Notes: generated by a model not told the origin, from the letters alone. DNA of 64,000 nt from a virus (IMGVR_UViG_3300006033_000016:1-64000), one strand, 5' to 3'; counted from the stretch's first letter, positions 29,504 to 39,577 are shown. Translations and numbers: made by a program.

Positions 29504-30319
29504 TCAGGCCAAGAAATCTGTGGTCGTGGTGACCTTCATTCCCTTAGCAACCATGTCACGAACGAAGTCTTCGCCATACTTCTCGAACGTAGGAACGTTC
29601 GACGACGCATCCGTGAGGAGGTGAATCTTCTCTACGTACTTGGGATCCGAAAAGTGAGTGACGATGTCTCTCACGGTATTGGCAAGACAGTGCGAAAGGG
29701 CTTCGCCCGCAACCAAAATGACGTCTGCCGACTCCAACGTTTCGATGAAACGTGCGTTGACCTGAGTGCTCTCGTCCTCAGGGTCAGGAACCTCAGCCAT
29801 CACAGCGCTGAAGTGCTCGGTCCAGGGGTTACTTCCCTTGGTGACGAAGTCACACATGGCGTAACGATCTTCCCACTCATGAATAGCCGCCGAAAGTTCG
29901 GATGCCACAGAATGACCCTCGTCACCGATGAGGCAGTGGTAAGGCCAAATAACGTGAGGATACCTACCGCTGGCTTCCAGGGCACGCAGATAGGCCAAGG
30001 AACGCTTGTAGGCGCTAGGCTGAGATGTGGTCCACGTGCCGCTCTCAACGTCCGCCGCCGTAATCATAGTGAACGGAGACGGGTGAGACCCGCTCGAATT
30101 CTTCCACCAGATAGGATGACTGATGTCCACCTTTCGGTGAGAATCTAAAGTGACATGAATGTCGTTGAGCTTTCCCTTTAGACGGGAAACCAAAGAGGCC
30201 AACCTCTTAACGTCTTCCTGCGCTCCTGGCACAAACAGACTTCCGTTGGGGTCACAGAAGTCCTTCTGCGGGTCTATTATCAGAAGTTCAATCTTCATAG
30301 GCATTGGAGTTTTTCTCAC
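29504..30319 (-). CDS. pncA: Nicotinamidase
   Basis: IIDPQKDFC, LDSH, WPYHC, TKG, GEALSHC. Confidence 0.85.
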   Translation of the reverse strand: MRKTPMPMKIELLIIDPQKDFCDPNGSLFVPGAQEDVKRLASLVSRLKGKLNDIHVTLDSHRKVDISHPIWWKNSSGSHPSPFTMITAADVESGTWTTSQPSAYKRSLAYLRALEASGRYPHVIWPYHCLIGDEGHSVASELSAAIHEWEDRYAMCDFVTKGSNPWTEHFSAVMAEVPDPEDESTQVNARFIETLESADVILVAGEALSHCLANTVRDIVTHFSDPKYVEKIHLLTDASSNVPTFEKYGEDFVRDMVAKGMKVTTTTDFLA

Positions 30320-30374
30320 TTTCTAGTTTACAGAACTACTCTTTGTAGTGTACATATACACTCAAGGAGACTTT

Positions 30375-31190
30375 GTGTCAAAGAGAATATATTTGAAATG
30401 GACGTCAGATGAACTTGACTGGCTGCGAGCCAATTATGGCAAGCTACCAGAAAAAGAAATGATAGAAGGCTTACAAGGTCGCAAGTGGGAAGCTATAAAA
30501 AAGAAGGCGTTCGTTCTCGGTTTGAGGCATGAGAGTTTTGCTAAGAAGAAGGCAGACCTGTCTATTCTGCTTCACGACAACCCTGTCACCTACTATTGGC
30601 TGGGTTTCCTCATGGCGGACGGGGGATTCACCGACCGAAGGATTCAGTTAGGGGTGGCAGAAAAGGACCTTGACCACCTGAATAGGTTCCTCTCTTTCGT
30701 GGGATCCACAAACAAGATTCAGGAACTTGAGCAAGACCAGTACCGAGTGAAACTCACTAACGTGGATGTAGTCAGAAAACTTCGGGCCAAGTTCAACATT
30801 TCTAGCAGGAAGACTTATGAGCCTTGCGACCTGACGGGCTTGACCGATGATCTACTATTCTCCTTGATAGTTGGATTCATTGATGGTGATGGTTGCGTTC
30901 ACTGTACCGGAATTCACACGCATAGATTGATCGTTGTAGGGCACGCGTCGTGGCTCTCTAATTTCAATCTGATGCAAGAGTTCTTACACAGAAGGTTTGC
31001 ATCTGAGAATCACAAATATCGGCATGCCTACCTTCGTGAGGTTCGAGTACGCCTTCCAGGAAAGAAGAGGAAGTCCCAGCACACACTGGCAGTGTTTTAC
31101 ATCGGCAAGACGGGAATCTTGCGTGCCATCAAACAAAAAGCAGACGATCTTGGACTTCCTTATATGGAACGAAAGCTGGGACAGCTCTAA
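30375..31190 (+). CDS. Free-standing LAGLIDADG homing endonuclease
   Basis: YWLGFLMADGG and IVGFIDGDG motifs; GTG start after AAGGAG; opposite strand to its neighbours. Confidence 0.85.
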   Translation: MSKRIYLKWTSDELDWLRANYGKLPEKEMIEGLQGRKWEAIKKKAFVLGLRHESFAKKKADLSILLHDNPVTYYWLGFLMADGGFTDRRIQLGVAEKDLDHLNRFLSFVGSTNKIQELEQDQYRVKLTNVDVVRKLRAKFNISSRKTYEPCDLTGLTDDLLFSLIVGFIDGDGCVHCTGIHTHRLIVVGHASWLSNFNLMQEFLHRRFASENHKYRHAYLREVRVRLPGKKRKSQHTLAVFYIGKTGILRAIKQKADDLGLPYMERKLGQL

Positions 31191-31382
31191 CTGTTTAGTT
31201 TTGAACGGAACTGGTCGCCATACGCCACTTCCACGGCGTAACGGTAGCTAGAGTCGTGGTAGCCAGACCCAGGAGGACTGAAAATGCTTTCAAACCTGGG
31301 AGCTGGTCGATATCTGTTAATAGCAAGTTGTCTCCACGCCCATACTGCATTGTAGAGACGAAGTCGTTCGTTACTGTCCATA

Positions 31383-32120
31383 TCAGTTGTCGAAAAAGAA
31401 TACGAGACGAACGTCTTCTGCTTCTTCGGGGTCGCCCAACTGCTTCAGGGCGTGAATCGTCACATCAAAGAAATGAGACCCTACACTGTCTCGGTACTTG
31501 GATTCCCACGTAACAGTGGTGTACAAGAAGAGTCCAGCTTCGTTGGTCGAGCCACCACCAGAAGCAAGATGGGCTTCCATTTCTTCATTAGAGATCTCTA
31601 GGACGGTGAGCCCCGATACGTCTGCAGACCAGTAAGACGGAACTCCATGTTCCTTCCAATGAACGAACTCCCGTGGAGACACGACTCCGACATGGCTGGT
31701 AGTCTGATCCCAGTCGAAGTCTAGAAGGTCCTTGAGGGTAAGCCAAGAATGGCTGTGGGCGTCCCCCTCCCAGTACTGTATGTCCCACGCCGTCTCTATA
31801 CTAGCATCATCAGGAATACCACGCGGTTCAGCAATGATGTTGAACCCTTCGCCAGTCTTGGTCCCAGCAAACCCGATGCCATTTCTAACATCAGCAAAGA
31901 TAGCGAACAAGTTGTAGTTACGGCGAATCCGTAGAGGGTGGTCCCAGGGAGCGGCTACCTTTTGGTACTCCTCGTAAGAAGAGACTATTGTCCCAGGAAA
32001 ATTGACGTACTCCTCAGGACAGGCTTCAACGTCCTCCGTCTCCGCTACGAGTGGAGGCCACACATGCTGCCATCCATCTTCAGTACGAACTTCAACGTGG
32101 CAATGAATGTCACATCCCAT
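31383..32120 (-). CDS. Conserved phage protein (MGCDIH family)
   Basis: MGCDIH...RNYNLFAIFADVRN...PRGIP...HSHSWLT...RLVFFFDN. Confidence 0.7.
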   Translation of the reverse strand: MGCDIHCHVEVRTEDGWQHVWPPLVAETEDVEACPEEYVNFPGTIVSSYEEYQKVAAPWDHPLRIRRNYNLFAIFADVRNGIGFAGTKTGEGFNIIAEPRGIPDDASIETAWDIQYWEGDAHSHSWLTLKDLLDFDWDQTTSHVGVVSPREFVHWKEHGVPSYWSADVSGLTVLEISNEEMEAHLASGGGSTNEAGLFLYTTVTWESKYRDSVGSHFFDVTIHALKQLGDPEEAEDVRLVFFFDN

Positions 32121-32335
32121 TGTGGTCTCCTGCTACCGTGGATGCTACCGTGGATGGCTTCTCAAGTGGAGCAGAGGCCCACCACAACGCCTCATTTACG
32201 TTTTCATCCCACTCGCAGGCACGACAGTAAGCAGCATAGTCGGTGTGATGCGGACAACCACCCTCCGCGCCTGCCCACTCGCGCCACTTCTCGACCGCAA
32301 GAAGCAACTTATCCAACTGCTCCTGAGAAAGTTTG

Positions 32336-32701
32336 TCAGTAACTGCCATTGATGTCTTCCCCTCTGCTAACTACACGAGGCTTCAAGCCCAACAAAGTAG
32401 CCACATGATTTAGATCGTTTGGGTGAGCGTCTAAAAGTGCAGCGAGCTGTTCACCTGGGGTAAGAATCTTTCCAATGGAACTGTCTAAACTGGCAGCCAG
32501 TTGCTTTGTCTCATAGGCAGAAAGCTTCAAGCAAACGGATGTTGTTCCGTCTCTTTCTACAACTCGACAGATATCCTCCTTCACAGTAGCCACAACTGAC
32601 AACAGCCCGTTGGACTCCTTCAATAGTATGGACCCCTTGATTTCACCGTGTGAAAAGATCGGGAGTTCAAACGAAAATCCAGGAGATATGGTGTAGGCCA
32701 A
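32336..32701 (-). CDS. Hypothetical protein
   Basis: 121 aa ORF. Confidence 0.5.
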   Translation of the reverse strand: MAYTISPGFSFELPIFSHGEIKGSILLKESNGLLSVVATVKEDICRVVERDGTTSVCLKLSAYETKQLAASLDSSIGKILTPGEQLAALLDAHPNDLNHVATLLGLKPRVVSRGEDINGSY

Positions 32702-32767
32702 GTTAAATCTCTTTACAGTTATCAGACGTCGTTCACAATGAACCTAGTCTACGTCTCTGTCGTCTGA

Positions 32768-33097
32768 TCAGAACATCTCACACAGGCAGTTAACCTCTGA
32801 GACGTACTTAGCGATAGGGTCGAACGAAGGTTTCCCGTTGCGAGCAACGCACGCCTCAACACACTCCTCAACGGCGTCTTGTACCTCAGCTCGACGGGAT
32901 CTCTCAAAAGAGGCCCCACACGACGGAATAAGCCTCCACAAGCCCATAGCGAAGAAGAGGAGCACTCCTCCGCCGAACACAGACGCTAAGATTTTAACGA
33001 CCCGCTTGGAAATGATGGATTGGCCCATTTTCTTGCCTTCAAGAGTAGTGGGGGCGTCCGCCGACTGCTTCTGCACTTCGTGCCTCACAACAACCAA
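32768..33097 (-). CDS. Membrane-anchored Cys-containing protein
   Basis: TM segment followed by CxxxC...CxC. Confidence 0.5.
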   Translation of the reverse strand: MVVVRHEVQKQSADAPTTLEGKKMGQSIISKRVVKILASVFGGGVLLFFAMGLWRLIPSCGASFERSRRAEVQDAVEECVEACVARNGKPSFDPIAKYVSEVNCLCEMF

Positions 33098-33471
33098 TTA
33101 CTTTCCTTGGCTGCAGCAAAGTCATCGGAGTGCAGAAACAAGGAGACAGTACTCACATGAACGTCTCCCAGCTCGCCCTCTGGACAGTACCGGGAGAAGC
33201 AACGACAAAACCTGAAGTGCTTCATGTGGTCTTCTTTATACAGCTCCGCCGATTCTCTCAACTCTTCCAGGTCTTCCTCAGAAGCATTCTCCCAGGTAGG
33301 AAGAGCAGGGTCCAGAACCTCTCCATAGATGTACACGCCATCTACGATCCGAAGAAAAAAATCTCCGGGCTTTAGGTTTTCTTGCCAGGGCTCAACCTTC
33401 AAATCTGCATGACCACGATCAGCATCCATCGCAGAGAAGAGATCGTCTAGATTAGAAAAGGATCGAATCAT
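33085..33471 (-). CDS. Hypothetical protein
   Basis: 128 aa, AGGAG RBS, downstream of motif copy 5. Confidence 0.6.
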   Translation of the reverse strand: MIRSFSNLDDLFSAMDADRGHADLKVEPWQENLKPGDFFLRIVDGVYIYGEVLDPALPTWENASEEDLEELRESAELYKEDHMKHFRFCRCFSRYCPEGELGDVHVSTVSLFLHSDDFAAAKESNWLL

Positions 33472-33490
33472 CGTAGTTCTCCTGACCTAC

Positions 33491-33505
33491 AGTATGTACA
33501 GGGTT
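33491..33505 (-). promoter_or_regulatory. Repeated motif AACCCTGTACATACT
   Basis: Copy 5 of 7; intergenic. Confidence 0.6.
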
Positions 33506-34758
33506 CAGGCTAAGGGAAGTCGTAGTTTCCCTAAGTGGCCCGAGTTATGCTTAGCATAAGCGCACGACATGAAGTGAATTGGATGAGGAACGTTACACTG
33601 AAGTTCGTGTTTACATTCTCCGCATACAGAAGGAGCAGTTCTATAGTAAGGAGTTGAGGGAAGTTTTTCCCACAACTCTTGAAATCGAGTTGTGTAGATG
33701 GAGGGGTCTTCCTCTGTTGGAGGAGAGAAAGACGAATGGGAAACTCTTCCATGGTCATCCACGTAACACGAAAATAAGCCTTCCTGCTGGGAAGCAAATC
33801 TCACGTCCACCTCTGGAAACTCGTGGCTCAAGAAGTAAGGAAGGAGCCCCTCAGAGAAGGCTATACGGTATCTTGCTTTGGTCATATCGTTCAGTACGGC
33901 AGGAAATTCTTCCGCGTAAGTCTTCTTTGAAGGAGACCCCTGCACAGACGATCTACCTACCTCAGGGTAGTAAGCAAGAAGTACGATGTTTAAATCCCGA
34001 AGGCCTACTCGAATAAGGTCGCAAATGGACTTAGCTACATCGTCATCAAAAAGAACGTGCACGTTGAGCTGCACACGGGGAGCCAACGCTTTCCGCCACT
34101 TATCATGAATTTCCTTGAAATAATCAGGGCCTTTAAAGGCGTGGTAAGTAAGAGCCACCCCACCGCAATACTTATTGGTGGCGTCAATAACATCCTCTCG
34201 GAAGATAAATCCCGCAGTGGTGTAGTTTGGAACAGTTCCCTGTTCCCGTGTGTACTTGAGAAACCAGGGGAAATCAGGGTGTGCTGTTGGCTCGCCTCCA
34301 CCAAAAGCGATTTGGTACGGAGGATAATCCAACCCCTCGAAGATCTTGACTAGCAAATCCTTAGGTGCGTGCTCTCCCTTTTTTGTGGAGTCCATGTAGC
34401 AGTATTTACACCCATGTGAGCACCAGTCACTTACCTTGATATCAATTGTCTCAGGAACTGGAGAAAACGCTCGGTCAGAGCGAAGGTAAGAGACCCGATG
34501 AAACTCACGATCGTCGTACTTTAAAGTGGTTCCGTATTTGAGGTTCCACTCATCTCTTATTGCGTCCCACTCTTTACGGTCCTGTGTTTTGGAGTAGACA
34601 GACGCCAGGCCGTAACCCCTACTGTCGTGAGGGTCTACCTCCTCCACCTCTCTCACAATAAGTCCAGTTAGCGGGTTGAAGACAGAGCTGTAGAATGGCC
34701 ACCCTCGAAACGAGTTGACCATGTGACGAATGTTAGACTTCTCGTTATCTACTGACAT
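33505..34758 (-). CDS. Radical SAM protein with C-terminal Cys cluster (SPASM/twitch-like)
   Basis: CSHGCKYC, GGGEP, C-terminal CGECKHELQC. Confidence 0.88.
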   Translation of the reverse strand: MSVDNEKSNIRHMVNSFRGWPFYSSVFNPLTGLIVREVEEVDPHDSRGYGLASVYSKTQDRKEWDAIRDEWNLKYGTTLKYDDREFHRVSYLRSDRAFSPVPETIDIKVSDWCSHGCKYCYMDSTKKGEHAPKDLLVKIFEGLDYPPYQIAFGGGEPTAHPDFPWFLKYTREQGTVPNYTTAGFIFREDVIDATNKYCGGVALTYHAFKGPDYFKEIHDKWRKALAPRVQLNVHVLFDDDVAKSICDLIRVGLRDLNIVLLAYYPEVGRSSVQGSPSKKTYAEEFPAVLNDMTKARYRIAFSEGLLPYFLSHEFPEVDVRFASQQEGLFSCYVDDHGRVSHSSFSPPTEEDPSIYTTRFQELWEKLPSTPYYRTAPSVCGECKHELQCNVPHPIHFMSCAYAKHNSGHLGKLRLPLA

Positions 34759-34774
34759 AGGGAGTAAATCCTAA

Positions 34775-35029
34775 ATGACAAAGCCTGTACTCAAACCCGC
34801 ACGCAGACCCCATAGAAGAATGAAAACGGTAGACCTGTGCTTCTTTAAGGAAGAAGACGGATCTCCGTGCTCTATGAGCGTGTCGTGGAAACTAAAAGCA
34901 TCCAAGTCCGGAGACTCCTTCAAGGTGTGTGACGCTCACCTTGCGTGGGGAATCCGGCTTTCTGGCGCTCCGGCTCTTGTAGAAGAATTCGTAGCGCCAG
35001 AGGATGTCAAAAAGACCGAGCCAGATTGA
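34775..35029 (+). CDS. Small putative Zn-binding protein
   Basis: C...C...CDAH; fills the gap between - strand genes. Confidence 0.45.
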   Translation: MTKPVLKPARRPHRRMKTVDLCFFKEEDGSPCSMSVSWKLKASKSGDSFKVCDAHLAWGIRLSGAPALVEEFVAPEDVKKTEPD

Positions 35030-35816
35030 CGAAGGCTCCCACCTCTCGCGACTCTCGATTGAACTCCAGACCAAATCCTACGCCCGTAGCCGCCATGAAG
35101 GCACCGGATACTGCGTAGAAAATGCTGGAGGTACGCCTAAGTCGAGCAACCCTGGAAATATCCTCAGAGCTACAACCCTCAGAAGTTTGGCCGCAAGAAG
35201 ACGCAAGATCACGGAACATACCCCTGGAGCGCAATCCGGTGGCAAGGGCTGCCACAAAAGAGGCTACAGTAAGAGAAGCACCAGAAACGGTCAACTTATA
35301 TCCAAAGCTAGGGCGTGGTGCGGACACGACTAGAGCGGGAAGCTCTAGGTAGCTTTCGACGTATGGAGGAGAATCCTCCGCTTCGATTTCCTCAGAAAGA
35401 GGAGGAGGATCCTCTTGTGTTTCCGCCTCCTGCTGATTTCTCACTCGCGAGATCATCAGACGAAGGTCCTCTAGGGAAACTCGAACCTGAACCGCATCCT
35501 GTGCTTCAGGAAGTTCTCTCAGGTATCTGGTGTAGGCAGCGACAGCCCTCTCCATCAAAGGAAGAGCGTCCTCGTCAGAAGACAAATTGGATGCCTTCTC
35601 GTAGCACAGACCAATGTTGTAGAGAAGCTCCGGAGCGAATACAGCTCTGAAGCTGTGTTCAAAATTACGGGCACAGTCCTCCCAACGCTCTTCAGCGTAA
35701 GCAGACTGACCACGAATGAAGTACGCCCGAGCCTCTGCCACAACAGAGGGATCAATGGTTTGGGCCGCTCCGAAGGAGCTGTAGAAAACAGTCAAGAATA
35801 GAATTAGTTGTCGCAT
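35007..35816 (-). CDS. Secreted/membrane TPR protein
   Basis: Signal peptide, TPR (ARAYFIRG...LLYNIGLCYEK), Pro/Glu linker, two C-terminal hydrophobic helices; AAGGAGG RBS. Confidence 0.75.
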   Translation of the reverse strand: MRQLILFLTVFYSSFGAAQTIDPSVVAEARAYFIRGQSAYAEERWEDCARNFEHSFRAVFAPELLYNIGLCYEKASNLSSDEDALPLMERAVAAYTRYLRELPEAQDAVQVRVSLEDLRLMISRVRNQQEAETQEDPPPLSEEIEAEDSPPYVESYLELPALVVSAPRPSFGYKLTVSGASLTVASFVAALATGLRSRGMFRDLASSCGQTSEGCSSEDISRVARLRRTSSIFYAVSGAFMAATGVGFGLEFNRESREVGAFVNLARSF

Positions 35817-35835
35817 GGCGACCTCCTTCTATTCT

Positions 35836-35850
35836 AATATGACCAGGGTT
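35836..35850 (-). promoter_or_regulatory. Repeated motif AACCCTGGTCATATT
   Basis: Copy 6 of 7; intergenic, upstream of the TPR gene RBS. Confidence 0.6.
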
Positions 35851-36434
35851 CACTCCCCTCTAGAGGCTCGTATTTTTGTACTACTCATGCCATACAAATG
35901 AGCAGGAAGCTCAAGGGGAGAAGGATAGCAGTTTTTAGGTCCTTTGGTAAAGGACTGACCTTCTCGTGGCCAAACACAGAATAAACAACCTAATTCCCCG
36001 ACTTCCTGCAGGCTACTCATGGCAACAAGTCTAGCGTACGTATCGTACCCTATGTGGAAAATGACCTTCTCTGCATGTGGTCGAAGATATTCGTATTTAT
36101 CAGAGAAAAGAGGACTATCAGTGACCAGGACCTTAGAGTACCCGTTGAATTGAGTCAGTCTTTTTAACAGCTCAGAGGAATCTAGATCCTCTTTCCCCAC
36201 TCTTCTCACAGAAATCTCGAAGAACTTATCTGAGGTAGTGGCAGCAACAGCATATCCCTCTCTACCGTAGTTCTGAACAACGAAGTTGTCCTCGTCAATG
36301 GATTCGTACATCCAACGGTGGGCATCATGCAGAGGGTTAAAAGACCCAGAAAGAACGTGCATCTCCCCAAGTCTATATCGTGGAGATATAGGCCCCAGTC
36401 TTCCTTCTTGGTACATTTTAGGAAAGTCTGACAA
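35850..36434 (-). CDS. Nucleotidyltransferase, NMN/NaMN adenylyltransferase-like (HIGH superfamily)
   Basis: GSFNPLHDAH, IGYDT, SSTKIR. Confidence 0.75.
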   Translation of the reverse strand: MSDFPKMYQEGRLGPISPRYRLGEMHVLSGSFNPLHDAHRWMYESIDEDNFVVQNYGREGYAVAATTSDKFFEISVRRVGKEDLDSSELLKRLTQFNGYSKVLVTDSPLFSDKYEYLRPHAEKVIFHIGYDTYARLVAMSSLQEVGELGCLFCVWPREGQSFTKGPKNCYPSPLELPAHLYGMSSTKIRASRGE

Positions 36435-36978
36435 GGTAACCTCCTTCCATGAGTTCGGATAAAAGTGGGTGGGAAAGAGAGCACGCTAAGGAAAGAGCTA
36501 CTTCTCCAATTACTCTATCTTGTACGTATCTCTTTGTAGTTATCATGGGCTGGACGTGCTCTTGCTCGGAAAGCTTGTCTAGGATTAAGTGGTAGACATC
36601 AAAGGAAGAAGGATGACCCACCACAATATAGGCGTGGTTGTCTCCCTTTCGATACCTTGAAGTAGTTATGGCAGCTGTAACAGTAACAGGAACCAGCGAT
36701 CCCAAGTCATGACAATTGCACAAGTGCAAAGCGGTGGCCATTTCTGCTGATACGGCTCCACTATTCTCCAAGACTGTATCTGCGTTGGGGTGCCACTTTT
36801 CTAGCAAGGAACGAACAGCATCGTAGGAATAGGGTATGTGCAAGCTGTCCACGACAGAAGACGCGCCAGGAACGCCTAAAAGACCAGAGGCCCATGCTCC
36901 AGCTCCTGTGAACAACAGACGAAGCTTAGGCCCCTGGTAGGAAGAAACAAAGGACTCTAGGTCTAACCACATGGTCAA
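36418..36978 (-). CDS. CinA/PncC-like protein
   Basis: TGAG...LLGVPGASS...PYS...AVSAEMA. Confidence 0.65.
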   Translation of the reverse strand: MTMWLDLESFVSSYQGPKLRLLFTGAGAWASGLLGVPGASSVVDSLHIPYSYDAVRSLLEKWHPNADTVLENSGAVSAEMATALHLCNCHDLGSLVPVTVTAAITTSRYRKGDNHAYIVVGHPSSFDVYHLILDKLSEQEHVQPMITTKRYVQDRVIGEVALSLACSLSHPLLSELMEGGYLVRLS

Positions 36979-37391
36979 TCCGCAGTAGGGAAAGAAAGAG
37001 TCATCCGTGTCTGTCCGTTATCGTCTACTATGACAACCACCCCCACCATCTCCACGTAGCTGAGAACCAGTTCGGGGTTTTCTCTGAAGAAGGACCTTTT
37101 TATCTGCGCCGGAGAATGAAAAGCAGAGGGAGGAAGAGGAGATGGAACTGACTTACTTTTCAGCGAGTCCATACTAAAAGGTTTTAGGGTAGACGAACTG
37201 CGGGTCCTTCTTCGCTGCACGATCCCGCTACTAAGTACATTTCCGTCAGGAGAAAACAATGCGTACAAGTCTACTTTTGTATGACCTTTGTTCCATGCGT
37301 AGCTGTCACCGACACAGATGCATACGGCATCTTCAAAGTTCTTTCGGCCAGCGTCCAAAACCAAGTCTCCCTCCAGAAAAGCCATAGTCAA
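36975..37391 (-). CDS. Hypothetical protein
   Basis: 138 aa ORF. Confidence 0.55.
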   Translation of the reverse strand: MTMAFLEGDLVLDAGRKNFEDAVCICVGDSYAWNKGHTKVDLYALFSPDGNVLSSGIVQRRRTRSSSTLKPFSMDSLKSKSVPSPLPPSAFHSPAQIKRSFFRENPELVLSYVEMVGVVVIVDDNGQTRMTLSFPTAD

Positions 37392-37951
37392 TCTTTTCCT
37401 TCGTTCTCTGACTTCAGCTCATCCAACATAACGCCCACTACACCAGAGATTCTGGCAATGCGAGCAGTGGCACGAGCCTTTCCTTCGCGAAGAAGTTGCT
37501 TTGCTCTCTTGATTCCAGAATTGTCTGTACAGTAGTGGTACAGCTCGTTTAGAATCTTATCCTGATCGCCAGAGATGAGAAGCTCCGTTATCTCGTCCAC
37601 AGAGATTGTCTCCTCATCCTTCTTGCGCTGAAGGTAATCCTTCACCACCTGCTGATCCCTTCGCTTCTTAGCTGCAGCGTCAAACTCAGCAGCAGACACT
37701 TCTTCCTCCTCACCCAGGGAAGGCGCAGGAGCTGGAGCGGACGATACGGGACGAACTGGTCTGGCTACAGGCGAGGCTGGACGAGCAGGAGGAGTGTCCT
37801 CCTCATCATCTTCGTCCTCGATTTCGTCGTCAATCTCGTCATCGTCCACTTCACCAAGGACACCATCGAGTTCATCTTCTAATTCGTGCGCTTTCTTCTT
37901 CATACTAAATACCTCTTGAGTGGTTACAGACAGGACCTGACGTGATCCCAC
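37388..37951 (-). CDS. Acidic low-complexity protein
   Basis: D/E run then Pro/Ala linker; start probably at the internal MKKKAH. Confidence 0.55.
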   Translation of the reverse strand: MGSRQVLSVTTQEVFSMKKKAHELEDELDGVLGEVDDDEIDDEIEDEDDEEDTPPARPASPVARPVRPVSSAPAPAPSLGEEEEVSAAEFDAAAKKRRDQQVVKDYLQRKKDEETISVDEITELLISGDQDKILNELYHYCTDNSGIKRAKQLLREGKARATARIARISGVVGVMLDELKSENEGKD

Positions 37952-38454
37952 AAAATATGCTCCTCTAATACCTTAGAGAATGGACACACAGGAACCGTAT
38001 CAAAGTCTTCAAGGATGCGGGCGAACTTTTTCTCTTTGGGCCCTCTTTGTATCATAGTGATACAGGGTAAGGAAACCGCCATAACCTGATGAAACACATC
38101 GGCAGGAATAAAGTATTGAGACCCTTCCTGTACAACAAACTCTGTGCGTACCTTGGCCTGCACTTCACATGTGAGCCTAGGAGGAGCCTCGCCTGACCCA
38201 CATGAATCGTAACGTTGAATCTTAGGACGACCGCCCTCAGAAGGGTCTATCTCCCATATCTTGTTGCGTAGAGAACCACGTAAAACAGTAGACACAAACC
38301 AATATCTATGGTCGTGAGGACTGTCTGTGAATTGAGGAAGATCCGGACAGTAGAAGTGATAACGAACAGAGTCATTCAACTTGACCTGTATAAACCCCAA
38401 GCCAAAGAAGTGAATCTTGCTGCAAGATTTCAAGTAGTCTATGGTGAGATTCAT
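37924..38454 (-). CDS. Cupin-fold protein
   Basis: PHDHRYWFVSTVLRG...FHQV. Confidence 0.6.
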   Translation of the reverse strand: MNLTIDYLKSCSKIHFFGLGFIQVKLNDSVRYHFYCPDLPQFTDSPHDHRYWFVSTVLRGSLRNKIWEIDPSEGGRPKIQRYDSCGSGEAPPRLTCEVQAKVRTEFVVQEGSQYFIPADVFHQVMAVSLPCITMIQRGPKEKKFARILEDFDTVPVCPFSKVLEEHILWDHVRSCL

Positions 38455-39371
38455 ACTGCAACGTCAGCAGACAGCTTAGCCAGCGGATTATACCCAACAA
38501 GACTGATGTGCTCCCACTTTACATCCCACACGTGAAGAGAGGCTACATCATCGGATAGAACTATCTGTGGAGATGCAGGAGGAGTTCGTGAAAGCTGTTC
38601 CTTAACTTGATCCACATGATTTTCGTAGATGTGGACATCGTGAAGCGTATGAACAAACGAACCAACTTGCAGACCGCAGGCCTTTGCAAACATGTGAGTT
38701 AGCAGAGAGTAACTTGCAATGTTAAAAGGCACTCCAAGAAATACGTCAGCACTACGTTGGAAAAGATGACAGTGAAGTTTGTCATCTTGGACGGTCCATT
38801 GGCTGAAGGTATGACAGGGAGGCAGGGCTACCAAGTCAGCTTCTGCGGGGTTCCATCCTGTCAAAATCAAACGTCGGCTGTTGCTCTTGGCGTAGAACTG
38901 ACCCGAGAGCCAGGCAATCTGGTCAAATCCATTTGACGCATAACCAACACACTTACGTTGATTGCGTTCGTCAAGCACAGTGATATTTGTGTCAGGGTCT
39001 CCATAAGTATTAAGAATGGGTGTGGCTCCGAAGTTCCTCCACTGATGGGAGTAAATTGGACCCATGTTCCACCACTCACGACCATGTTTCTTATTGTGGG
39101 CTTCTGTCGCCCACTCATCCCAAATGTCTACTCCAGCAGCTTGGAGATCTCGCACATCTACTGAGCCGCTGAGGAACCATCGAAGCTCCTCAAAGATCCA
39201 GCGCAGGGGTAGCTTCTTACTCGTCAATAAAGGAAAACCAGCAGTAAGGTCGAACCTCATCTGGTATCCGAGTAGGCCGATGGTGTCTACGCCTGTTCTA
39301 TTTTCTTTACGAACTCCATTCTCTAGTATGGAGGAAAGAAGGGATAAGTAGGGAAGGTCGTGCTGAGTCAT
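38451..39371 (-). CDS. thyA: Thymidylate synthase
   Basis: NRTG, ELRWFLSG, SRRL, ALPPCH, QRSADVFLGVPFN, HIYENH; start set at MTQHD. Confidence 0.95.
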   Translation of the reverse strand: MTQHDLPYLSLLSSILENGVRKENRTGVDTIGLLGYQMRFDLTAGFPLLTSKKLPLRWIFEELRWFLSGSVDVRDLQAAGVDIWDEWATEAHNKKHGREWWNMGPIYSHQWRNFGATPILNTYGDPDTNITVLDERNQRKCVGYASNGFDQIAWLSGQFYAKSNSRRLILTGWNPAEADLVALPPCHTFSQWTVQDDKLHCHLFQRSADVFLGVPFNIASYSLLTHMFAKACGLQVGSFVHTLHDVHIYENHVDQVKEQLSRTPPASPQIVLSDDVASLHVWDVKWEHISLVGYNPLAKLSADVAV

Positions 39372-39388
39372 TTTCGTTCCTTTACAGG

Positions 39389-39577
39389 TCAGCCCCAAGG
39401 ACCGGCCCCAGAATTTGGAGCCTTGGAGGAAGAAGAGGGAACAATTTCTCCTCGAACTTCCTCCATTGAGGAGGATCCGCATGCTTCACAAACTTCCCAC
39501 TCGGGATCTCCATAAGCAGGAAGGAAATCTTCTTGAATATGCCCACAGGATAGGCAACGAACATCTACGAGCTTCAT
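39389..39577 (-). CDS. FmdB-like zinc-ribbon protein
   Basis: CLSCGH...CEACGS. Confidence 0.6.
   Translation of the reverse strand: MKLVDVRCLSCGHIQEDFLPAYGDPEWEVCEACGSSSMEEVRGEIVPSSSSKAPNSGAGPWG

Noticed and set aside
32131-32155. 12-bp tandem duplication tgctaccgtgga
   Set aside because: Two copies in frame in a small ORF (STVA twice); ordinary slippage
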